From NCBI GenBank assembly GCA_030765265.1, contig JAVCCZ010000064.1, forward strand, positions 1 through 61,670: 61,670 nucleotides of DNA, in the 5' to 3' direction. The stretch comes from Candidatus Erginobacter occultus. Lineage in GTDB: Bacteria > Auribacterota > Erginobacteria > Erginobacterales > Erginobacteraceae. Position numbers and translations under genes: made by a program. Each line of letters opens with the position of its first letter. The stretch's first letter is position 1. Under the pieces are notes generated by a model. That model saw only the letters and a list, made by a program, of their open reading frames with translations. It had not been told where the DNA came from and made no database searches. Shown one piece after another: positions 26,446 to 35,218 of the stretch.

Positions 26446-28911
26446 ATGTTCGACAAGTTTACCCCCCGGGCCCGGCAGGTGATCCTGCTGGCCCGCAAGG
26501 AAGCGGATCGTTTCAACCATAATTATATCGGGACCGAACATATCCTCCTCGGGCTGGTCAAGCTGGGGCAGGGGGTGGCGGTGGACGTTTTGAGGGAGAT
26601 GGGGATCGATTTCGAGACCCTCTGGCTGGAGATCGAGCGGGCGGTCGGTTCCGGGCCGGAGACCAAGGTGCTCGGCGAGGTTCCCCTGACCGTGAAAGCC
26701 CGCCGGGTAATCGAACTGGCCCTGGAGGAAGCCCGCCAGCTCCAGCACAGCTATATCGGCACCGAGCACCTCCTGCTCGGCTTGATCCGGGAAGGCGAGG
26801 GAGTGTCGGCCCGGGTGCTGACCAACCTGGGGGTGGATCTCGACGACACCCGCAAAAGAGTGCTCGAGAAATTAAAGGCGGAATACGGAGCCCCCCCGAA
26901 GCCGGCGTCGCCGGGGCCGGGGTCGGGGAAGAAGAAAACCTCCAAAACACCGGCCCTGAACGCCTTCGGGCGCGATCTGACCGAACTGGCCCGGGCCGGG
27001 AAGCTCGACCCGATTATCGGCCGCGATCTCGAGGTCGAGCGGGTCTGCCAGATCCTCTGCCGCCGGACCAAGAACAACCCGGTCCTGATCGGGGAAGCCG
27101 GGGTCGGGAAGACCGCGATCGTGGAAGGGCTGGCCCAGAAGATCGTCGAGGGGGAGGTACCGGAAATTCTCCATCGGAAGAAGCTGATCACCCTCGACCT
27201 GGTCCTGATGGTGGCCGGAAGCAAGTACCGGGGACAGTTCGAGGAGCGGCTGAAGGCGGTGATGGACGAGATCAGGCGGTCGGGCGATGTCTTGCTCTTT
27301 ATCGACGAGCTGCACACGATCGTCGGGGCCGGCGCCGCCGAGGGGGCGATGGACGCCTCCAACATCCTCAAGCCCGCCCTCTCCCGGGGCGAGATCCAGT
27401 GCATCGGCGCGACCACGATGAACGAGTACCGCAAGTACATCGAGAAGGACGCCGCCCTGGAACGGCGGTTCCAGACTATCCGGGTCGCCCCGCACTCGGT
27501 CAAGGAGACGGTCGAGATTCTCAAAGGCCTGCGGAAGAGATACGAGGAACACCATAACGCCGCCATCACCGACCGGGCGCTCGCGGCCGCCGCCGAACTT
27601 TCCGACCGCTATCTCCCGGGCCGCTACCTCCCCGATAAGGCGATCGACCTGATCGACGAGGCCGCCGCCCGGGCCCGGATCAAGGTGATGACCCGCCCGC
27701 CGGCTTTGAAGAAGCAGGAAGCGAAAGCCCGCCAAACCCGGGAGCGCAAGGAAGAGGCGGTCAAGAAGCAGGATTTCGAGGCGGCGGCCCGGCTGCGGGA
27801 CGAGGAGAAGCAGGCCGCCGATCAGCTGGCCGCCCGCCTGGCCCGCTGGAAAAAGGCCGGCGCTTCCCGGAGGGTGTCGGTGGACGAAGAGGAGGTGGCC
27901 CGGGTCCTCTCCAAGTGGACCGGGATCCCGGTCTCCCGGATGGAAGAGGAGGAGACGGAGAAGCTCTTGCGGATGGAGGAGGCGATCCACCAGCGGGTGA
28001 TCGGCCAGGAAGAAGCGATCAACGCTATCTCCCGGTCGCTTCGCCGTTCCCGGGCCCGGCTCAAGGACCCCCGCCGTCCGATCGGCTCTTTCATCTTCCT
28101 CGGCCCGACCGGGGTCGGGAAGACCTTCCTGGCCCGTTCGCTCGCCGAATTTATGTTCGGCAACGAGGAAGCCCTGATCCAGATCGATATGTCCGAGTAT
28201 ATGGAGAAGTTCTCGATCTCCCGGATGCTCGGCTCCCCCCCGGGTTATGTCGGCTACGAGGAAGGCGGGCAGCTGACCGAGCAGGTCCGGCGCCGGCCCT
28301 ACTCGGTGGTCCTCTTCGACGAGGTGGAGAAAGCCCACCCGGAAGTGATGGGGATCCTCCTCCAGATTCTCGAGGAGGGGACCCTGACCGATAACTGGGG
28401 GCGGCCGGTTGACTTCCGGAACACGGTGGTGATTATGACTTCCAACGCCGGGGCCGAGCTGATCCGCAAGGAGACCACCGTCGGTTTTGGCGCCCGGACC
28501 CGGAAGGACCGCCACCAGGAGATCAAGGACGCCGTCCTCGGGGAGGTCAAGAAGCTCTTTAAACCGGAATTTTTAAACCGGGTTGACGAGATCATCGTCT
28601 TTCACCAGCTGACCCGGGAGCACCTGATCAAGATCCTCGACCTCCAGATGGAGGAGGTCATCGGCCGCCTGAATGAACGGGGGGTGAAGCTGGCGATCAC
28701 CGGGCCGGCCAAGGAGTTTCTGGTTTCGGAAAAATACGACTACAGGATGGGGGCCCGGCCGCTCCGCCGGACCCTGGAACGGGGACTGGAGGATCCGCTG
28801 GCCGAAATGCTCCTCAAGGGCGAACTCGCCCCCGGCAGCCGGGTCCGGGTCGGGCTGAAAAACCGCCAGCTCAATTTCACGGTCTCGAAGCCGGCGAAGA
28901 AGAAGGATTAA
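26446..28911 (+). CDS. clpC: ATP-dependent Clp protease ATP-binding subunit ClpC
   Basis: Double Clp-N repeat at the N-terminus, two AAA+ modules ([15 protein letters not shown]; [15 protein letters not shown]), and a UVR linker ([15 protein letters not shown]). Confidence 0.93.
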   Translation: MFDKFTPRARQVILLARKEADRFNHNYIGTEHILLGLVKLGQGVAVDVLREMGIDFETLWLEIERAVGSGPETKVLGEVPLTVKARRVIELALEEARQLQHSYIGTEHLLLGLIREGEGVSARVLTNLGVDLDDTRKRVLEKLKAEYGAPPKPASPGPGSGKKKTSKTPALNAFGRDLTELARAGKLDPIIGRDLEVERVCQILCRRTKNNPVLIGEAGVGKTAIVEGLAQKIVEGEVPEILHRKKLITLDLVLMVAGSKYRGQFEERLKAVMDEIRRSGDVLLFIDELHTIVGAGAAEGAMDASNILKPALSRGEIQCIGATTMNEYRKYIEKDAALERRFQTIRVAPHSVKETVEILKGLRKRYEEHHNAAITDRALAAAAELSDRYLPGRYLPDKAIDLIDEAAARARIKVMTRPPALKKQEAKARQTRERKEEAVKKQDFEAAARLRDEEKQAADQLAARLARWKKAGASRRVSVDEEEVARVLSKWTGIPVSRMEEEETEKLLRMEEAIHQRVIGQEEAINAISRSLRRSRARLKDPRRPIGSFIFLGPTGVGKTFLARSLAEFMFGNEEALIQIDMSEYMEKFSISRMLGSPPGYVGYEEGGQLTEQVRRRPYSVVLFDEVEKAHPEVMGILLQILEEGTLTDNWGRPVDFRNTVVIMTSNAGAELIRKETTVGFGARTRKDRHQEIKDAVLGEVKKLFKPEFLNRVDEIIVFHQLTREHLIKILDLQMEEVIGRLNERGVKLAITGPAKEFLVSEKYDYRMGARPLRRTLERGLEDPLAEMLLKGELAPGSRVRVGLKNRQLNFTVSKPAKKKD

Positions 28912-28932
28912 TGAGCGCTCGGGGGGAATGAT

Positions 28933-30447
28933 ATGAAGCGGCTGAGATTCGCGGCGGCGTTCGGCCTGGGGAGCGCGGCGATCTGCCTGGTCTTGCCCCC
29001 GATCTCCCCAGGGGCGGAACGGCCCGCCCCCACCCCCGCCCCCTCTCCAATTATCAACCGTCTCCGGCTGCAGCGGGAAATCCTGGACTTGAAGATCCGG
29101 GCGGCGCAAGACCCCGGCGCCGCCTCTTCCGTCCGCGAGCAGCTGGCCCGGATCCACCTCGAGACCGGCGAACCGGAGAAGGCCGTCACCCTCTATCGCC
29201 AGGCGATCATCTTCGACCGGCCCCGGGCCGCCTCTTACCATCGGAAGATCGCCCGGATCTACCGGGACCAGGGCAGGACTGAAGAGGCGGAAGAGGAATC
29301 GCGCCGGGAGGCGGCCGCCGCCCCGGAGAGCGCCGCCGACCGCCGTCGCCGCCAGCTGGCGGCCTGGGAGGAGGAGGGGAAGGACGATCTCCTCCTCCAG
29401 CAGTACCGGTTTCTCTACTGGACCCGGACCGGTTCGGGGGATCGATACCTGAAAAATATCGCCCGCTTGTTGGCCGGCCGCGGCGAAGAGGAGGAATCCG
29501 AACGATATTACCGGCTGCTGATCGCCGACCATCTCCAGCGGATCGAGGAAAGACCGTCCTCGGCGGTTAATTACCACCTCCGGATCGCCGGGATTTACCG
29601 GGAGATGGGGGACCTGGAATCGGCGGCCGGAGAGTTCCGCCGGGCGGTGGAGGTGGAAGGAGAAGCCGGGGGGCGGGCGCTGATCGCCGAGGCCGACTTT
29701 TACCGCTCCCGGGGGGAGGCGGAGCGGGCCCTCGGCCTGTACCGGGAATCGCTGTCCCGGCCCGGGGTAAACCAGACTTCGCTCCAGTTTCGGATCGCCG
29801 CTCTTCTGGAGCGGGCAGGGGAAGAGGAAGCCGCTTTTCTTGAACTGCAAAAGGCGGCCGAGCTGGAGGAAGGGGGAGGGGAGGAGGCCCGGACCCGGAT
29901 CGCCCGCTTATACGAACGGAGCGGCGATCTGGAATCGGCCCTGGCCGAGTACCGATCGCTCCTCGACGACCTCGATCCCCTCCGCCGGGCCCGGACCTGG
30001 GAGCGGATCGGTAGTCTTCTCTCCCGGCTCGACCGGGAAGAGGAGGCGTCCCCGGCCTACGGGAAAGCGCTCCGGCTCCGGACCGAAGAACTGGGGGAGG
30101 AGAGCCCCGACGCCCTTTTCCTGGAGAGGGCGTTAAGCCTGGCCGAGAAAGGGGGGCTCGGGGAGCAGGCGGAGGAATACTCCCGGCAGCTGGCTGAGAA
30201 TTACCGCGACCTGCTCGACCGGGACCCGGGACGTGCGGATTATTACCACCGGAAGCTGGGGGATATCTTAATGCGCCAAGAGGATTTCCACCAGGCCGCC
30301 GCCCACTACCGGACCTGGAGCGGCCTGGCCCCCTCCGACCCCGCCCCCCACTACCGGCTCTACCGGATTTACCGGGATCATTTGGAGAACCCCAGCCGGG
30401 CCGAACTTCACCTCGAGCGGTACCGGGAACTGCGGAACCAAGAATAA
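28933..30447 (+). CDS. Secreted TPR-repeat protein
   Basis: Signal peptide MKRLRFAAAFGLGSAAICLVLPPISPGAE followed by repeated TPR-like helices rich in YR/AE. Confidence 0.65.
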   Translation: MKRLRFAAAFGLGSAAICLVLPPISPGAERPAPTPAPSPIINRLRLQREILDLKIRAAQDPGAASSVREQLARIHLETGEPEKAVTLYRQAIIFDRPRAASYHRKIARIYRDQGRTEEAEEESRREAAAAPESAADRRRRQLAAWEEEGKDDLLLQQYRFLYWTRTGSGDRYLKNIARLLAGRGEEEESERYYRLLIADHLQRIEERPSSAVNYHLRIAGIYREMGDLESAAGEFRRAVEVEGEAGGRALIAEADFYRSRGEAERALGLYRESLSRPGVNQTSLQFRIAALLERAGEEEAAFLELQKAAELEEGGGEEARTRIARLYERSGDLESALAEYRSLLDDLDPLRRARTWERIGSLLSRLDREEEASPAYGKALRLRTEELGEESPDALFLERALSLAEKGGLGEQAEEYSRQLAENYRDLLDRDPGRADYYHRKLGDILMRQEDFHQAAAHYRTWSGLAPSDPAPHYRLYRIYRDHLENPSRAELHLERYRELRNQE

Positions 30448-30484
30448 TCCCCGGCCGGGCGGAAACAAAACCAGAAATAGGATT

Positions 30485-30520
30485 CGATCCCGATAGCGAT
30501 CCCAATAGCGATAGCGATTA
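30485..30520. repeat. GATAGCGAT-family hexamer words
   Basis: CGATCCCGATAGCGATCCCAATAGCGATAGCGATTA; the complement of the ATCGCT array at 22615. Confidence 0.7.
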
Positions 30521-30566
30521 GTTGTAGGGTTGGGTGGATGATTTGGGGGTAGATAAATACTCTGGA

Positions 30567-30594
30567 AAAATTCAAGTTGTAAAATTCAAGTTAA
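30567..30594. repeat. 14-nt direct repeat x2 abutting the proS ribosome-binding site
   Basis: AAAATTCAAGTTGT AAAATTCAAGTTAA. The second copy runs into the AAGGAG SD (30593-30598), 9 nt before the ATG at 30608. Confidence 0.75.
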
Positions 30595-30607
30595 GGAGTT
30601 TTTGCTG

Positions 30608-32311
30608 ATGAAATGGACCAATACTTTGATCTCTACCCAGCGCGATGATCCCCAGGAAGCGGAGATCCCCAGCCATCGCCTGATGCTGAGGGCGGGGCTG
30701 ATGCGGAAGCTCGCCTCCGGGCTCTACACCTGGCTTCCGCTGGGCTTGAAGGTCTTGCGGAAGGTGGAGACGATTGTCCGGGAAGAGATGGATCGGGCCG
30801 GGGCCCTGGAGATCCTGATGCCGATCCTCCAGCCCCGGGAGCTCTGGGAGAAGAGCGGCCGCTGGGAGGCGATGGGGCCGATTATGCTCCGGTCCCAGAC
30901 CCACGGGGGGAGGGAACTGGCCCTGGGGCCGACCCACGAGGAGGTGGTGACCGACCTGGTCGCCCGGGAGATCAGTTCCTACCGCCAGCTCCCGGTCAAT
31001 CTCTACCAGATCAACACCAAGTTCCGCGATGAGATCCGGCCCCGGTTCGGGGTGATGCGTTCCCGGGAATTCATAATGAAGGACGGCTACAGCTTTGACC
31101 TCGACGAAGCCGGTGCCGACCGCAGCTACCGGTTGATGTATCAGGCCTACGAGAGGATTTTTCGGCGCTGCGGGCTGGAGGCGATGGCGGTGGAGGCGGA
31201 TACCGGAGTGATGGGGGGCAAGGAGTCGCACGAGTTTATGGTTCCGGCTGAGACCGGGGAGGACGCGATCGCCGTCTGCCCGGCTTGCGGCTACGCCGCC
31301 AACGTCGAGCAGGCGGCGATCGGGGCGGGGAGTTCCGCTCCGGAGCGGACCGCGGAGAAACTCGAAGAGGTCGCCACCCCGGGGCTGCGGACGGTCGAGG
31401 AACTGAGCGGATTCTTCTCCGCCCCCCCCTCCCGGTTCATCAAGACCCTGATCTACCTCGCCGGCGGGAAACCGGCGGCCGTCCTGATCCGGGGGGACCG
31501 GGAAGTCAACGAGAGCAAGCTGGCCCGCCGGCTCGGCGCGGCGGCGGTCCTGGCCGACGGGGAGACGATCCGCGCCGTCACCGGCGCCCCGCTCGGTTTT
31601 GCCGGCCCGGTGGGATTGACCGGGGTCGAGGTGCTCGCCGATTACAGCGTGGCCGCCGTTGCCGACGGGATCACCGGCGGCAACCGGGAGGATCTTCACC
31701 TCCGCCACGTCAATATCGACCGGGACTGCCCGATCCCGGAATACCTCGACCTGGCGATCGCCGCCGCCGGGGACCGCTGCCCCTCCTGCTCCGGGAACCT
31801 GGCCATCCGACGGGGGATCGAGGTCGGCCACGTCTTCAAGTTGGGGACCAAGTACAGCCGGTCGCTGGGCGCGGTCTTCAATGACGAGCGGGGCGAGGAG
31901 CAGCCGGCGATTATGGGCTGTTACGGGATCGGGGTCAGCCGGACGGTGGCCGCGATTATCGAGCAGCACCACGACGAGAAGGGGATCATCTGGCCGGCCG
32001 CCGTCGCGCCCTACCAGGTTCTTTTGCTGGCCCTGGCCCCCGACCGGCCGGAAGTGGCGGCGGCGGCCGAAGACCTGACCGTCCGGTTAAGCGGCCGGGG
32101 GTTGGATCTCCTCTACGACGACCGTTCCGCCTCGGCCGGGGTCAAGTTCAACGACGCCGACCTGATCGGGATCCCCGTCCGGCTGACCGTGGGGAAGAAA
32201 TTCCTCCAGACCGGCCTGGTCGAGGTGAAAGCCCGGAACTCGGACGAACTCCACGCCGTCCCCCCGGAGGAAGTCCCGGACCTGGTCGAGCGGCTTCTCG
32301 GCCAAGCTTAG
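30608..32311 (+). CDS. proS: Proline--tRNA ligase (bacterial type, with insertion/editing domain by length)
   Basis: N-terminus closely resembles the E. coli ProS pattern (LISTQRDDPQEAEIPSHRLMLRAGLMRKLASGLYTWLPLG). Class II motifs and a C-terminal anticodon-binding domain. ATG at 30608 with an AAGGAG SD. Confidence 0.93.
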   Translation: MKWTNTLISTQRDDPQEAEIPSHRLMLRAGLMRKLASGLYTWLPLGLKVLRKVETIVREEMDRAGALEILMPILQPRELWEKSGRWEAMGPIMLRSQTHGGRELALGPTHEEVVTDLVAREISSYRQLPVNLYQINTKFRDEIRPRFGVMRSREFIMKDGYSFDLDEAGADRSYRLMYQAYERIFRRCGLEAMAVEADTGVMGGKESHEFMVPAETGEDAIAVCPACGYAANVEQAAIGAGSSAPERTAEKLEEVATPGLRTVEELSGFFSAPPSRFIKTLIYLAGGKPAAVLIRGDREVNESKLARRLGAAAVLADGETIRAVTGAPLGFAGPVGLTGVEVLADYSVAAVADGITGGNREDLHLRHVNIDRDCPIPEYLDLAIAAAGDRCPSCSGNLAIRRGIEVGHVFKLGTKYSRSLGAVFNDERGEEQPAIMGCYGIGVSRTVAAIIEQHHDEKGIIWPAAVAPYQVLLLALAPDRPEVAAAAEDLTVRLSGRGLDLLYDDRSASAGVKFNDADLIGIPVRLTVGKKFLQTGLVEVKARNSDELHAVPPEEVPDLVERLLGQA

Positions 32312-32439
32312 CGGGAAAGCGGATCGCCCCGCCGGAAAAATAGATTAAACCTTCCCCCCCCGGGGGCGTTAAATAATTTCGGGGTGGAGTATCTTTCCGG
32401 AAATTCCCCGGAACCTTCAAAATATACCGCAGATAGATT

Positions 32440-33720
32440 ATGACGCCGCGCCACCTTTTTCTTGTTATCCTGGTTCTCCTCCTCCCGCTGCCGGCGCCGG
32501 CGGCCGGAGAAGAGGAGATCACCTGGGAGGACTGTCTGCGGGAGGCGCTTCGCCGGCAGCCCGAACTCCAGGCCGCCCGGGAGTCGGTGGAACAGGCGCG
32601 GGCCCGCGTCGGCCAGACCCGGAGCGGACTCCTGCCCCAGGTCCGGGGAGCGATGTCGGCTGACCGTTCCGGGCGCGATGAAGACGACACTTCCTACGCT
32701 TACTCGGTCCAGGGGTCGCAGCTATTCTTCGACGGTCTCGGGAGCTGGTACGATACCTGGGCGTCCGAACAGGATCTGATCGCCGCCCAATTCGATTACG
32801 CGACGGTCTCCGCCCGGATCCGCTATAACCTGCGGCTCGCCTTTATCGAACTTCTCCAGGCCCAGGAACTCAAGACGATCACCGAAGAGATCCTCCGGCG
32901 CCGGGTTCAGCAGGCGGAGATGGTCAGCCTGCGCTACGAAGCCGGCCGGGAGCATCGGGGCGCGCTGTTGACGGGGGAAGCCAACCTGGCCCAGGCCCGG
33001 TTCGACCGGGAACAGGCCGGCCGGGATATCCGGCTCGCCCGGCAGAAACTCTCCAAGGAGATCGGCTGGTCGGAATATCGGCTTCTGACGGCCCGGGGAG
33101 AGTTCGAACCGGAGACCGCCCTTGAGCCCGCGCCCGGAATGGAGGAGCTTGGCGAACTCAACCCGGAAATCCTCAAGCTCCGGGCCGACCTGGAGGCGGC
33201 CCGCTACGGCGTGAAGTCGTCCCGGGCGGATTTCTCGCCCTCGATCGCGGGCAGCGCCCGGATCGGCCGTTCCGACTCCAGCTGGCCGCCGGGCGAGGAG
33301 AGCTGGAGCCTGGGCTTGAGTCTCTCCCTTCCCATCTTCGAGGGCGGGCGCCGGATCGACGAGCTGAGCCGGGTCAACTCCGCTCTTCGCCAGTCGGAAG
33401 AGCGGCTCCGGTCGGGTCGGCACGACATCCGGTTTTCTCTGGAGAAAGCCTGGAAGGATTACCTCGACGCCCGCCAACGGGTGGTTATCCGGAACCTCTT
33501 CCAGGAGGCCGACCGGGAACGTTCCCGGATCGCCGAAGCCCAGTACTCGACCGGGATCCTCTCCTTCGACAACTGGATCATCATCGAGGACAACCTGGTC
33601 CGATCCCGGAAGTCGCTTTTGGAATCCCGGGCCGGGGCCTTGAACGCCGAGGCCTCCTGGTTGCTCGCGATCGGGGTGACCCTGGAAGGCTACCCCGACG
33701 GCCAACCCCCGGAGTTCTAA
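32440..33720 (+). CDS. TolC-family outer membrane efflux protein
   Basis: Signal peptide and two-fold repeated OEP pattern (SGLLPQV..., ...ARADFSPSI...). ~425 aa. Precedes an adaptor and a MacB-type pump. Confidence 0.8.
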   Translation: MTPRHLFLVILVLLLPLPAPAAGEEEITWEDCLREALRRQPELQAARESVEQARARVGQTRSGLLPQVRGAMSADRSGRDEDDTSYAYSVQGSQLFFDGLGSWYDTWASEQDLIAAQFDYATVSARIRYNLRLAFIELLQAQELKTITEEILRRRVQQAEMVSLRYEAGREHRGALLTGEANLAQARFDREQAGRDIRLARQKLSKEIGWSEYRLLTARGEFEPETALEPAPGMEELGELNPEILKLRADLEAARYGVKSSRADFSPSIAGSARIGRSDSSWPPGEESWSLGLSLSLPIFEGGRRIDELSRVNSALRQSEERLRSGRHDIRFSLEKAWKDYLDARQRVVIRNLFQEADRERSRIAEAQYSTGILSFDNWIIIEDNLVRSRKSLLESRAGALNAEASWLLAIGVTLEGYPDGQPPEF

Positions 33721-33736
33721 CCACTCTAAAAAATAT

Positions 33737-33884
33737 TCACCGCGGAGGCGCGGAGGACGCGGAGAGTTTGTTTTTGATTTCCCAACTGAAAAATTGTTTC
33801 AGCGTCATTCAAGATATTGAGACGGCAAGGAATTATGAATTCATACTTTAAATTTCCTCCGCGTTCTCCGCGCCTCCGCGGTGA
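33737..33884. repeat. 148-bp MITE-like element of the CCGCGGAG...CTCCGCGG TIR family
   Basis: 5' arm TCACCGCGGAGGCGCGGAGGACGCGGAG and 3' arm CTCCGCGTTCTCCGCGCCTCCGCGGTGA are near-perfect inverted repeats around an AT-rich core. Confidence 0.8.
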
Positions 33885-33926
33885 AAAAAAACGCGCCGGA
33901 GGCGCCGCAACGGGAAGGACAGGGTG

Positions 33927-34883
33927 ATGAGAAAAAAGAAAACCAAATTATTTATTTTCTTGGCGGTTCTGGCGGTTGCCGGCGGGACGGGCTGGTATTT
34001 CTTCGGCCGGGGAGGGGAGGGGCCGGTTTACCGGGAGATCTCCCCCGAACGGGAGGATCTTAAGATCACCATCTCCACCACCGGGGTGGTCGAACCCCAG
34101 AACCGGCTCGAGGTCAAGCCCCCGATCGCCGGGAGGATGGAGGAGATTATGGTCCGGGAAGGCGACCGGGTGGAGGCGGGGTCGATCCTCGCGGTGATCA
34201 GTTCCACCGACCGGGCCTCCCTCCTCGACGCCGCCCGTTTCCGGGATCAGGAGACCCTGCGTTACTGGGAGGAGGTTTACCGGCCCAGCCCCCTGATCGC
34301 CCCGATCGCCGGGGAGGTGATCGTCCGGGCGGTGGAACCGGGACAGACCGTGACCGCCAATGACGTGGTCCTGGTCATCTCCGACCGGCTGATCGTGAAA
34401 GCCCAGGTTGACGAGACCGATATCGGCAAGGTGAAAGAGGGGCAGGAGGCGGTAATAAGTCTCGACGCCTACCCGGAGACGAAGGTCCCCTCCACGGTCG
34501 ATCATATCGCCTTCGAGTCGCAGGTGGTCAGCAACGTGACCATCTACGAAGTCGATATCCTCCCCGCCGCCGTCCCCGAGGTCTTCCGGTCGGGGATGAC
34601 CGCCAACGTCGAGATCGTCCGGGAGATCAAGAGGAATGTCCTGACTCTTCCCCTGGAGGCGGTGGAACAATCCCGGGAGGGGGATTTCGTCCTCGCCGCC
34701 GTCGATGGGAATCGTCCGCCCCGCCGGATCCCGGTCCGAACCGGGATCACCACCGGCGGCCGGGTGGAGATCGTCTCCGGCCTGGCTTCGGAGACCCGGG
34801 TCCTGGTCGCCTCCCGCCAACGGGCCGGTTCGGGCGACCGGGCCGGCGGCCAGAACCCCTTTATGCCCAACCGCCGGCGCTGA
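33927..34883 (+). CDS. Efflux periplasmic adaptor (HlyD/MacA-type membrane fusion protein)
   Basis: N-terminal anchor, then lipoyl/barrel-sandwich motifs (TGVVEPQNRLEVKPPIAGRMEEIMVREGDRVEAGSILAVI; APIAGEVI). Lies between the tolC-like gene and macB. GTG 33924 or ATG 33927 as start. Confidence 0.82.
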   Translation: MRKKKTKLFIFLAVLAVAGGTGWYFFGRGGEGPVYREISPEREDLKITISTTGVVEPQNRLEVKPPIAGRMEEIMVREGDRVEAGSILAVISSTDRASLLDAARFRDQETLRYWEEVYRPSPLIAPIAGEVIVRAVEPGQTVTANDVVLVISDRLIVKAQVDETDIGKVKEGQEAVISLDAYPETKVPSTVDHIAFESQVVSNVTIYEVDILPAAVPEVFRSGMTANVEIVREIKRNVLTLPLEAVEQSREGDFVLAAVDGNRPPRRIPVRTGITTGGRVEIVSGLASETRVLVASRQRAGSGDRAGGQNPFMPNRRR

Positions 34884-34905
34884 CTCCCCCCGACCAATAA
34901 ATATT

Positions 34906-35196
34906 GAACCGCAAAGAACGCAAAGAATATTTGTAACACTTTAGCCTTTTAAAATAACTGCTGCTATCTATACCACCACTGATTGTCATTGCGATCCGGC
35001 TTTTTTATCCGGCTTTAGACGGAAGACGGAAGACGGAGAAGCAATCTCAATCTGGTTCGGGTAAAGAGATTGCTTCGTCGCCTTCGGCTCCTCGCAATGA
35101 CAGATGAAGACTTGGGAATGATTAGGAATTTTTATAAAGCTAATGTGTTACCAAAACTCTTTTTACCCTCCGCGTTCTTTGCGTTCTTTGCGGTTC
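34906..35196. repeat. 291-bp MITE-like element (same TIR family) carrying a second, nested palindromic element (34984-35102)
   Basis: Outer arms are GAACCGCAAAGAACGCAAAGAA and CTCCGCGTTCTTTGCGTTCTTTGCGGTTC. The inner element is bounded by TGTCATTGCGA / TCGCAATGACA and contains an 11-bp perfect hairpin GAAGCAATCTC / GAGATTGCTTC (35038-35076). Confidence 0.8.
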
Positions 35197-35218
35197 ATAT
35201 TTTTTGAGGATTGCGGTT

